DNA of 37,643 bases from a virus (taxonomy: Duplodnaviria; Heunggongvirae; Uroviricota; Caudoviricetes). Under the pieces are notes generated by a model. It saw only the letters and a list, made by a program, of their open reading frames with translations, was not told the origin of the DNA and ran no database searches. A program made the translations under genes and the position numbers. Location of the stretch: positions 1 through 37,643 of IMG/VR virus record IMGVR_UViG_3300036944_000513; one strand, 5' to 3'. Positions 30,501-37,643 of the stretch are shown in pieces (within the stretch, counting starts at the first letter, position 1; each line of letters opens with the position of its first letter).

Positions 30501-30576
30501 GGCTGTATGCTGGATAGGTTCCATCTAATATATCATCAACGGTGGTATTTAAAGTCAGTGCGCCTTTAGTTGCCAT
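27568..30576 (-). CDS. Putative adhesin: glycine-rich domains with two inserted LamG domains
   Basis: Two LamG units plus two EYL/CLVxGGGGGG...GGSGVVI glycine-rich units. Confidence 0.78.
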   Translation of the reverse strand: MATKGALTLNTTVDDILDGTYPAYSPITSLEYLAVGGGGGGGSAAGAGGGAGGFSTGTIPVTVAPFSYSGYFDGSTDYLITPSSSQFNLTGDFTIECWIYKTNPAADGNGIFGIGSQDPDSNLVRISSGVLQFWLGGSNSGAGGTGTKTGIVSCSTPILNFTWYHIALVRSGSATNNVKLYLNGVLDGQGTGTYQIPSNYLVIGRDYPTYSTEYFPGYISNLRVLKGTALYTANFAPPTAPLTAITNTSFLTLGTSFDDSSTNNLVITKNGNPKISNRSPFESPIFVNVGIGGTGSPATGTLGGNGGNTIVNSNWSGFFNNSTSDVIKVDSNATGFAIGTGNFTVEGWFKSVDYTHWQHLFHLGGSGHYGIVLYRSNSNNIVVQIEGSSVITYDFNPVLGEWYHFALVREGTGSNQTKLYINGISVATATSTGNISADNIFIGGINWGTGNNWSGYISNVRLLKGTALYTTNFKPSTSPLTAISATVLLTLQNSAFIDNSSFVNVITKLGSSSITNSTSPFEIKMIGGGGGGSNQNGTAPNGWASGGGDAGTGAGAGRGSSGIYGQGSPGGTRIVAGSLYGSGGGGGAGGIGGQGNGTNGGNGGAGLYSSITGSNVAYAGGGGGQTYNSYYGSGYGGIGGGGDANIAVGGYGGMYLGGGGGGGGASDAGPNYGGYGGTGVVILRHPIAYDIVGKSANAIDVSYSSGYKIYTIRANDTVYFNQGSTVNTPNVASVSCLVIGGGGGGGSTIGGGGGAGGFVAVEDYLIMRGNTVTVTVGAGGLSDNASGAANAFAGVNSTFGDIISYGGGGGASWANNPGFSGASSGGGAGGDGGFVAPTATIIQGQGSRGGLGGGPRVGGGGGGAGQYGFSGSTGEQKWSGNGGNGLISSITGTPTYYSGGGAGGVENGYTTHVSTGGLGGGGNMGYSSPGVAGVANTGGGGGAGSNPGGANNYGGSGGSGVVIISYSAAKYGLATSTTGSPTITLVNGNYVYKWTSSGSITY

Positions 30577-30577
30577 T

Positions 30578-33151
30578 TTATAATGTTCTTCCAGATAATA
30601 AAACTGATACTTGCGATGCGGTAGTTGCTAATGCGCGAATTTTGTGTCCAGATGGAATTCTTTTTGGTGCTTCGCATAATTCAACTGAAGAATTTTGTGG
30701 TACAATAAAAGTAGAAGTTAAATATGATTGAATTACATTAGATGCATCAGTCCAAGTAACGGTAATTGCAATATTACCAATATCGCCGCTATTAACTAAC
30801 TTAATACTATCAATAATTGTAGATACACCAGTTGAAACATATACATCACCAGTTGCTGTGTCAGCATTAACGCCAACCCCAACATAACCTTCTACGCTTG
30901 ATTTGTTTTCATATACTACGATTGAGTGCAATACGTTTCCGATTGCGACACCAGAATCAAATGATTGCAATTTAATCAAATCATTTGCTTGTAAAATCTG
31001 TGGCTTGCGTAATAATTCTAATGAACTTCTAGCTGGAACTGGGATTTTATTTGCAAAAGATACATTTGCCGATGGAGATGAAAATACAAAGTTTCCAGTG
31101 ACAGCAACGTTATTACTTAAATTTGAATCGATATTTGTTACATAGATAGAATGAACAATATATGTATTTGCTGCACCAGAAGGAATAACTAATGCATTTG
31201 CTAGTGCAGATGTAATAGGATATGGAACTGCATTATTAATTGTTCTATTATATTTTTCTGAAACATTGCCAGATGTTCCACCACCACCGGATGCAGCAAT
31301 TGTACCGCCAGCAGAAATTGTAATACCTGTGCCAGCAGTTAATGCAGAGATTGCACGAGTATTTGTAAAGTAGAGGTTAGCGCCTTCTGTTACATTACTT
31401 GTACTAATATTGTCTTTTACTGCCGCAATAGCTCTAGCACTTGTGAAATATAAATTAGCAGAACCTTCTGGTACAAAATTTGTATTACCAGTGAATGCTT
31501 GAGTTGCACCGGTAATTGTACCAGTATCTGAAATAGTAATATTTTGACCAGCAGTTAACGCATAGATTGCGCGAGTGTTAGTGAAGTATAAATTACTACC
31601 TTCAGTCACCGATGATGTACTGATATTATTTTGAACTGCTGCGACTGCTCGAACATTGGTGAAATAAAGGTTCGCAGAACCTTCTGGTACAAAGTTTGTA
31701 TTACCAGTGAATGCTTGAGACGCCCCAGTAATTGTACCATCAGTTGCAATGGTAATATTTTGACCGGCAGTAAATGCTGAAATTGCTCTGGCATTTGTAA
31801 AGAATACATTTCCGGTGGTAGTAGTACCACTTTCCACGATTTGGCTTGCCGTAATTCCGCTAATTCCAGTACCGTCACCAAAGAATGTTCTAGCTTCTAT
31901 ATTTGCTAATCTAAATGAAGCATGAGCAGTGTTGATATATATGTCTGCGTCCGGTTCTGGAGTATATCCCTCAAAGAATTTCCATCTTGAATCAGTTGCA
32001 TCTCTAAAAACGCCGGTGTGAGCATATGTTCCATCATTATAATTACCAGCAAATCCCAAATCTGGATTAGTAATATCACTGTTAGAATTCAGATAAATCA
32101 TATTATCTGAAACTTTTAAGTTCAATACATTTATAGAAGCAATATTTCCAGTTACAAATAAATTGCCCTGAACAGTTAGATTACCAGATACATTTTGATT
32201 ACCCAAAACAGATAAATTGCCACCAATTGTCTGATCTCTAGTAGTTCCAACTAAACCATTTGCAGCAATTGCAATATTTTGACCAGCAGTTAAACTTCCA
32301 ACTGCACGAGTATTGGTAAAGTATAGGTTAGCAGTGCCTTCTGGTACTGAATTCGTGTTTCCAGTAAATGCTTGTGCCGCACCAGTAATTGTACCAGTAT
32401 CCGAAATAGTAATATTTTGACCAGCAGTAAATGCGAAAATGGCTCTAGTATTAGTAAAGTATAAATTACTGCCTTCTATAACATTGGAAGTATTAATATT
32501 GTCTTTTACTGCTGCAACTGCACGAGTATTCGTGAAATATAAATTAGCAGAACCCTCTGGAACTAAATTGGTGTTTCCAGTAAATGCCTGAGATGTTGCT
32601 GTAATTGTACCTGTGCCAGATATACTAATATTTTGACCAGCAGTTAACGCATAAATTGCACGGGTATTTGTGAAGTATAAATTTGCACCTTCTGTAACAT
32701 TGCTTGTGCTAACATTATCTTTTACTGCTGCAACTGCTCGTGTATTGGTGAAATAAAGATTGGCACCTTCTGTAACATTACTTGTGCTAACATTATCTTT
32801 TACTGCTGCAACTGCTCTGACATTACTAAAATAAAGGTTATTACCTTCTGCTACAGAGGTTGTAGTAATGCTATTTTGAACTGCGGCAAGTGCTCTTGCG
32901 TTTGTAAAATATAAATTTGTAGCAGATTCAACAACGTTGCTGGTATTAATAAATCCATTTACGGCAGTCAATGCTCTGGCACTAGTAAAGTAAAGATTTG
33001 CGCCCTCTGGAACATTGGTCGTAGTTCCAGTGAAAGACGAAGATGCTCCGGCAGCAGCAAAAACAAAAGTATTACCCTGAACAACGAGGGTATTTCCGTT
33101 ATTTCCTATTCCTGCGCCGATTTGTGTAATATCTATGCTTCTTTGAGCCAT
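30578..33151 (-). CDS. Tail fibre-like protein
   Basis: More than ten EGxNLYFTNxRA repeats, a central YNDGTYxHTGxFRDATD domain, and two C-terminal beta units resembling 11875..12216. Confidence 0.78.
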   Translation of the reverse strand: MAQRSIDITQIGAGIGNNGNTLVVQGNTFVFAAAGASSSFTGTTTNVPEGANLYFTSARALTAVNGFINTSNVVESATNLYFTNARALAAVQNSITTTSVAEGNNLYFSNVRAVAAVKDNVSTSNVTEGANLYFTNTRAVAAVKDNVSTSNVTEGANLYFTNTRAIYALTAGQNISISGTGTITATSQAFTGNTNLVPEGSANLYFTNTRAVAAVKDNINTSNVIEGSNLYFTNTRAIFAFTAGQNITISDTGTITGAAQAFTGNTNSVPEGTANLYFTNTRAVGSLTAGQNIAIAANGLVGTTRDQTIGGNLSVLGNQNVSGNLTVQGNLFVTGNIASINVLNLKVSDNMIYLNSNSDITNPDLGFAGNYNDGTYAHTGVFRDATDSRWKFFEGYTPEPDADIYINTAHASFRLANIEARTFFGDGTGISGITASQIVESGTTTTGNVFFTNARAISAFTAGQNITIATDGTITGASQAFTGNTNFVPEGSANLYFTNVRAVAAVQNNISTSSVTEGSNLYFTNTRAIYALTAGQNITISDTGTITGATQAFTGNTNFVPEGSANLYFTSARAIAAVKDNISTSNVTEGANLYFTNTRAISALTAGTGITISAGGTIAASGGGGTSGNVSEKYNRTINNAVPYPITSALANALVIPSGAANTYIVHSIYVTNIDSNLSNNVAVTGNFVFSSPSANVSFANKIPVPARSSLELLRKPQILQANDLIKLQSFDSGVAIGNVLHSIVVYENKSSVEGYVGVGVNADTATGDVYVSTGVSTIIDSIKLVNSGDIGNIAITVTWTDASNVIQSYLTSTFIVPQNSSVELCEAPKRIPSGHKIRALATTASQVSVLLSGRTL

Positions 33152-33177
33152 GTTAAACCTTTTTCGTTAGATACTTA

Positions 33178-33185
33178 TATTTATA
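33178..33185 (-). promoter_or_regulatory. T4-type late promoter TATAAATA
   Basis: Exact consensus, intergenic, 27 nt upstream of the ATG at 33151. Confidence 0.75.
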
Positions 33186-33232
33186 GTTATTTTATTTTCC
33201 GAATAATTTTACAAGTAGCGGAAGAACTATTT

Positions 33233-33859
33233 TTAAATTTGAGAAGTTGATAATGAAGATACTTGCGATGTACTTAATGCTGAAATGCTATCTGTGCTCA
33301 ATGATGAGATACTACCAGTACTTAATGCTGAAATAGTTTCAGTGGTTAATGCTGGAATGCTACTGGTACTTAATGCTGAAATAGTTTCAGTGGTTAATGC
33401 TGGAATGCTATCTGAACTCAACTCGGGGATAGTTTCAGCAATCATTTCGGAAACTTCTGTAAAAGTGATAGTAGTTGTGGGCTCAAGTCCTTCGACTACA
33501 ACACTACTCATTGGAATGCTTTCAATCCAACTCGTGGTTTCTTCATTCCAAATATACATTTTACCATCAATTGACATTGGAACTGGCGGTAACCACATGC
33601 AGGTGTCAGTATTCAATGTCCAGCTTGGATAAGGCTGGGGTGCATAAAATGCATCTAATTCAGAATTATAAGTGTAACCAATTCCTGCATAATTTTTACG
33701 AAGTGGAATTCCACCTAAACGATGAACGCCACCGTATGTATTATAACTTGTCTGCACCCATAACGCAGGATCGCCAAATAATCCAGTATCAACCACATCT
33801 TGTTCAATAACAATAACTTGTGTTACAATTCCGTTTTCAACTTTTGCAAAATGACTCAT
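33233..33859 (-). CDS. Tail-fibre-associated protein (MSHF family) with C-terminal Ser/Thr-rich octapeptide repeats
   Basis: MSHFAKVENGIV...RKNYAGIGYTY...DAF...PYPSW...WLPPVPM..DGKMYIWNE...W, then repeats of the form ISALSTxx / IPALTTET. Confidence 0.72.
   Translation of the reverse strand: MSHFAKVENGIVTQVIVIEQDVVDTGLFGDPALWVQTSYNTYGGVHRLGGIPLRKNYAGIGYTYNSELDAFYAPQPYPSWTLNTDTCMWLPPVPMSIDGKMYIWNEETTSWIESIPMSSVVVEGLEPTTTITFTEVSEMIAETIPELSSDSIPALTTETISALSTSSIPALTTETISALSTGSISSLSTDSISALSTSQVSSLSTSQI
33240..33420 (-). repeat. 24/48-nt tandem repeat encoding 8-aa units
   Basis: gtacttaatgctgaaat starts at 33270, 33318 and 33366 (48-nt period); 33318-33362 is identical to 33366-33410. Confidence 0.9.
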
Positions 33860-33929
33860 AATTTTTTTCCTTGAATGAAATATAAATTTTATATATTTTC
33901 CGAATAATTCTATTTTTTAGCAGAATCAT

Positions 33930-34805
33930 TTAAAACATTAAAAACATTTTATTAGTTGCTGCCGTTACGATTGGAGTGTAGGTTATGATAATAATACCGG
34001 GAGCGCCAGCGCCGCCGAGTGAGTTTATAGCAGAGCCACTACCACCACCACCGCCACCATAGTTTCCACCCGCTCCACCAGAAGTGCCACCTGTCCCGTC
34101 ACCTGCGCCGCCACCACCACCGCCTGAATAGACCGATGTTCCCGCTCCACCAGCACTGCCACTAGTATTAGAAACGCCACCTGCGCCGCCAGCGCCAGCG
34201 CCTGTGCCAGCCGCGCCAGCAGCACTACTAGTACTTGATCCCGCTCCACCACCATTTCCACCGCCACCGCCACGCCCAGTTGATCCAAGTGTCGAGGTAT
34301 TTGTTCCTCCAACGCCGCCAGCACCATTTGGGCCAGCAGCACCACCGCCACCACCGCCTGCGGCAGCCGAATTCAGTCTGTTTGCGCCGCCGTTTCCCCC
34401 GTTAAAAGCAATAGTTTGGTAGGATACTGTATTTATAATGCACTGCGCCGAGCCGCCACCAGCTACACCAATACCCCCGTTGTTTCCATCTCCACCTTGA
34501 CCGCCTTTTACCAATGTCCCGTAAATCGGGTCTCCGGTTTCTCCGTCGTAAGACTGAATACCTTGCCACAATCCATCGCCAGAATATGTTTGCGCACTCA
34601 CATAGCCAAAGGTGTTTGAGGACTTTAGCGGTACATTGACAGCCCTTACAAAACCACCACCGCCGCCGCCACCGCCAGAGTAAGTTGTAACGCCCGTTGT
34701 TGCTCCCCTTCCCCCTCCGCCATAAACATCAATAACATTGTCAGCATCGTTCCAGTCAGACGGCAGCGTCCAAGTACCACTTCCCGTAAGAATAATCTGC
34801 GCCAC
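33930..34805 (-). CDS. Glycine-rich (polyglycine-type) putative adhesin
   Basis: GTG start; GSGTWTLPSDWND...IDVYGGGGRG...GGGGGGGF...GAPGIIIITY; lies directly downstream of a fibre gene. Confidence 0.72.
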   Translation of the reverse strand: MAQIILTGSGTWTLPSDWNDADNVIDVYGGGGRGATTGVTTYSGGGGGGGGFVRAVNVPLKSSNTFGYVSAQTYSGDGLWQGIQSYDGETGDPIYGTLVKGGQGGDGNNGGIGVAGGGSAQCIINTVSYQTIAFNGGNGGANRLNSAAAGGGGGGAAGPNGAGGVGGTNTSTLGSTGRGGGGGNGGGAGSSTSSAAGAAGTGAGAGGAGGVSNTSGSAGGAGTSVYSGGGGGGAGDGTGGTSGGAGGNYGGGGGGSGSAINSLGGAGAPGIIIITYTPIVTAATNKMFLMF

Positions 34806-34808
34806 AGT

Positions 34809-36815
34809 TTAAGCCTCCTGTGACACGGCTATTGCATCCCAGCGGGAATCAGTTGCGTTATATATGCAACCAACATACATCATTTTCAATGCAACGGTAG
34901 TCGTAGGCAAAGTTATGCCAATCGCCCTAAATGCATTCGTAGAACCAGTAGTCCATGTTAAAGCACGGGGAGTTCCATCATCTTCGAATCTAAACATCAT
35001 TTTTTGACCATCGGCAGGTGATGTATTTGCATCAGCATTAATTGTCAGCGCATTAGCCAATGCTGAAATAGCATAAACATCAAAAGAAGTACTATCCCAA
35101 GCCAAAGGAGAAGTGACACTTACTGCACTATTTACCTTTGGTTTAATGCTAGTCGTAATATTTACACGACCAGTTCCTTTCGGTGTAAAAGTTATGTCGG
35201 TATTTTGACTTGTTCCTTGGGCTGAAAGTGTAACCGCAGCATTACTAACTCCACCAACAATTTGCAAATAATTAGCATTATTAGCACTGAGTCTTGCTGT
35301 TCCATTAATATTAATAATGGCACCATTTGTCGAGCCAATTGTAATATTACTCTCAGCAACTAAAGCTGAAATTACTCTGGCATTAGTATAATATAAATTA
35401 ACTGAGCCTTCGCTAATTGAATTAGTATTTCCAGTAATTGATGTAGCAGGGATATCAGTTAACCCAAGCCCACTCCCAAAGAATACATTAGCCTGCACAT
35501 TTGCAAGTCTAAATGTAGCATGTGCAGTATCAATAAATGCAGATGCATCTGGTTCCGGCGAATAATTTTCAAAGAATTTCCATCTACCGTCAGTGGCATC
35601 CCTGAACATACCAGTGTGATGATAGGTTCCATCATTATAGTTAGCTGCAATTCCAATATCCGGATTAGCAATTAAACTATTAGAGTTCAGATAAATCATA
35701 TTATCCGTAACACTAAAATTTGCAACATCAATTTTTGCAACATTGCCCATAATAAGCACATTACCATTGACTGTCAAATTACCTTCAATTATCTGATTGA
35801 TTGTAGTGGTAATTACGCCGCCTGCTGAAATATTTAAGTTTTGACCAGCAGTGAAAGCAGATATTGCACGAGTATTTGTGAAGTATAAATTATTACCTTC
35901 TACGACATTACTGGTATTTAAATCAGCAGTATTAGCTTTAACATTTATCAAACCGATTACATTAGAATAAACTCGTGCATTAGTATAATAAAGATTGGAT
36001 GATACTTCAGGAACTGACCCAGTGTTTCCGGCGAATGCCGGTGAAACGCCGGTAATTAAACCATTGGCAGCAATACTAATATTTTGACCAGAAGTTAATG
36101 CCGAAATTGATCTTGCATTGGTAAAGTATAAATTAGTTCCTTCTGGAACTGAGCTAGTATCACCATTAAAATTAGAATACTCTCCATCGGAAATTCCAAC
36201 TATCCTAACATCAATCGTGGCATTTGATATAGTATTTCCAGTGAATGTTAAATTTGCACCACTTATATTATAATCAATTATCGGAAGTTGAATTAATCCG
36301 TTAACCACCACAAACATTCGATTTACATCTAAAGGAACGGCATCTAAAGTATAATTTGAGTCTCCACCAACAAGCGTCTGTTGAATTACAGAAGAACCTA
36401 AAATATTAGCAGTCGATGTAATTAAACCGTTTGCATTTATACTAATTCCATTGCCAGCAGTTAACGCTGAAACTACCCGTGCATTAGTAAAGTATAAATT
36501 AGCTGTGCCTTCTGGTACAACATTAGTATTACCTGTGAATGCGCTAGAACCAGTAATTAATCCGTTTGCATTTATACTAATTCCATTACCAGCAGTTAGT
36601 GCCGAGACAACACGAGAATTCGTGAAGTATAAATTAGCTCCCTCTGGAACTAAACTGGTATTTCCAGTGAAATTGTCAGCAACAGGAATTCCACCAACGG
36701 TCACGCCATCGCCGATATAAACTAATTTAGTATCGGTTGCATATATAACCTCACCCTCTAAAGGAGTAATAGTTAATCTATCGGAATTTAATCCTCTGCG
36801 TAGTTTAAATGCCAT
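34809..36815 (-). CDS. Tail fibre protein with Mtd-N/hyaluronidase-like N-terminal domain
   Basis: N-terminus MAFKLRRG...TPLEGEVIYATDTKLVYIGDG; NLYFTNxR repeats; shares the YNDGTYxHTG domain with 30578..33151. Confidence 0.78.
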   Translation of the reverse strand: MAFKLRRGLNSDRLTITPLEGEVIYATDTKLVYIGDGVTVGGIPVADNFTGNTSLVPEGANLYFTNSRVVSALTAGNGISINANGLITGSSAFTGNTNVVPEGTANLYFTNARVVSALTAGNGISINANGLITSTANILGSSVIQQTLVGGDSNYTLDAVPLDVNRMFVVVNGLIQLPIIDYNISGANLTFTGNTISNATIDVRIVGISDGEYSNFNGDTSSVPEGTNLYFTNARSISALTSGQNISIAANGLITGVSPAFAGNTGSVPEVSSNLYYTNARVYSNVIGLINVKANTADLNTSNVVEGNNLYFTNTRAISAFTAGQNLNISAGGVITTTINQIIEGNLTVNGNVLIMGNVAKIDVANFSVTDNMIYLNSNSLIANPDIGIAANYNDGTYHHTGMFRDATDGRWKFFENYSPEPDASAFIDTAHATFRLANVQANVFFGSGLGLTDIPATSITGNTNSISEGSVNLYYTNARVISALVAESNITIGSTNGAIININGTARLSANNANYLQIVGGVSNAAVTLSAQGTSQNTDITFTPKGTGRVNITTSIKPKVNSAVSVTSPLAWDSTSFDVYAISALANALTINADANTSPADGQKMMFRFEDDGTPRALTWTTGSTNAFRAIGITLPTTTVALKMMYVGCIYNATDSRWDAIAVSQEA

Positions 36816-36844
36816 GGTTTGACCCGAAATTATAATTGTTCATT

Positions 36845-36852
36845 TATTTATA
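36845..36852 (-). promoter_or_regulatory. T4-type late promoter TATAAATA
   Basis: Exact consensus, 30 nt upstream of the ATG at 36815; overlaps the upstream stop codon. Confidence 0.75.
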
Positions 36853-37420
36853 TGACACCCAAATCGTATATAATACCAGAAGGGCCAGTAAAAGTACCAA
36901 GATCCAATAAAATATTAGAATCATTATTTAATGTACCGGCATCGATGATTGCACTCTGAACAATCGGAGCCATATTTATCTCAATCAAACGCTGGATATA
37001 GGCTGTAGTGTAAGCGTTGGTTGCATAATTCTCAATATGCAACTCGTTTATAGCATTAGTAACGAAATTAGCAGTAGCAAAACCACTTAAATTTATATTG
37101 GCAATAGAATTAGTGACAAACTCCGCAGTGGCATACCCACTTAAATTAATATTACCAATAGCAACATTGGCTATTTTTGCATCAACCGATGAAATTGTAG
37201 CGAAATTTGATGTAACATAGGCATTAGTAGTATAAAACTGTGCAACATTTGCATCGGTTGCAATGCCAGAAAAATCCGCACTAATAACATTATTAGAAAC
37301 AGAAATCCGATTTCCACCACTTATATTAACGACAGACCAGCGATCCCCTACCCAAATCCAAGATTTAGTTCCATAAGTATAAACTTGATTTAAAACAGGA
37401 TTTGCAGGAAAACTAATCAT
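36848..37420 (-). CDS. Putative virion structural protein
   Basis: The N-terminal FPANP...QVYTYG..SWIWVGDRW motif is typical of phage fibre-type proteins; internal LSGYATxxFV repeats. Confidence 0.62.
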   Translation of the reverse strand: MISFPANPVLNQVYTYGTKSWIWVGDRWSVVNISGGNRISVSNNVISADFSGIATDANVAQFYTTNAYVTSNFATISSVDAKIANVAIGNINLSGYATAEFVTNSIANINLSGFATANFVTNAINELHIENYATNAYTTAYIQRLIEINMAPIVQSAIIDAGTLNNDSNILLDLGTFTGPSGIIYDLGVI

Positions 37421-37642
37421 TTACATGGCAACCCATTGACTAACTCCAGAGACTTCCAAGTAAATATACATAGAACCATCAGATGTATTGTACCATAACT
37501 TACCGGCAATAGGATCAGCAGGAGCAGTATCAGAAATAGTTGCAACCGCTTCTGCACCAGAAGTAACAGGAGTATCAAATACTAACTTTTGACTTGCACC
37601 ATCATACTTCAAGTATTTACCATTACCAACCGTAGAAGATAC
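37421..37642 (-). CDS. C-terminal part of a structural protein (partial, begins beyond the right edge)
   Basis: The frame stays open to the window end (VSSTVGNGKYLKYDG...), so the track start at 37612 is an internal TTG. ISDTAP...GKLWYNTSDGSMYIY...QWV motif. Confidence 0.7.
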   Translation of the reverse strand, partial: VSSTVGNGKYLKYDGASQKLVFDTPVTSGAEAVATISDTAPADPIAGKLWYNTSDGSMYIYLEVSGVSQWVAM

Positions 37643-37643
37643 T

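Larger units (their letters stand above)
33193..33909. repeat. Exact 16-bp direct repeat TATTTTCCGAATAATT flanking one gene (copies at 33193-33208 and 33894-33909)
   Basis: Both copies read directly from the sequence; both are intergenic. Confidence 0.85.

Noticed and set aside
33197-33223. Rho-independent terminator from the TTCCG...CGGAA inverted repeat
   Set aside because: The stem is only 5 bp, the loop is long, and no U-tract follows on the coding (minus) strand.
33930-34805. GC-rich islands (also ~20900-21650, ~27700-29000) as foreign DNA
   Set aside because: The GC rise coincides with Gly/Ala-rich coding (GGN/GCN codons), which is sufficient to explain it. A third-position GC analysis would be needed to claim transfer.
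46-36720. The many plus-strand ORFs and short alternative-frame minus-strand ORFs in the track (e.g. 46..303, 9076..9549, 13571..13909, 27258..27455, 34025..34354)
   Set aside because: All lie within longer motif-bearing genes. They are antisense or frame shadows favoured by repetitive Gly/Ala/Thr codons, and none has a recognisable motif.
34809-36815. Diversity-generating retroelement suggested by the Mtd-N-like domain and many repeats
   Set aside because: There is no reverse transcriptase, no C-type-lectin-like variable C-terminus, and no repeat pair that I could see differing only at adenines. A DGR elsewhere in the genome is not excluded.
1-37643. Stop-codon reassignment or programmed frameshifts
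   Set aside because: Genes tile the minus strand almost without gaps under the standard code, and recognisable domains are full length. The MazG-like frame at 1-288 is continuous on careful reading.

Overview
A 37.6 kb segment of an AT-rich T4-like (Tevenvirinae/cyanophage-like) myovirus genome, probably aquatic. All credible genes are on the minus strand. Read in transcription order (right to left), about 34 kb is a late, structural tail-fibre/adhesin module: fibres carrying a shared NLYFTNxRA repeat, three multi-LamG lectin proteins, glycine-rich adhesins, a tailspike-like beta-helix protein, an S74-chaperone fibre and a gp38-like/collar fusion. A Dps ferritin and a nucleotidyltransferase-like gene are embedded in this module. 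Five intergenic T4 late promoters (TATAAATA) punctuate it. A sigma70-type promoter then starts a replication/nucleotide block (primase, thyX, MazG-like pyrophosphatase). The most striking observation is four tandem domains inside the 1275-aa tailspike-like protein that resemble the chromophore-binding core of phycobiliproteins (Cys-x-Arg-Asp conserved in all four). Family assignments come from motif recognition by eye; no database search was run. No tRNA, CRISPR array, integrase or reverse transcriptase was seen, and the host cannot be determined from this window.
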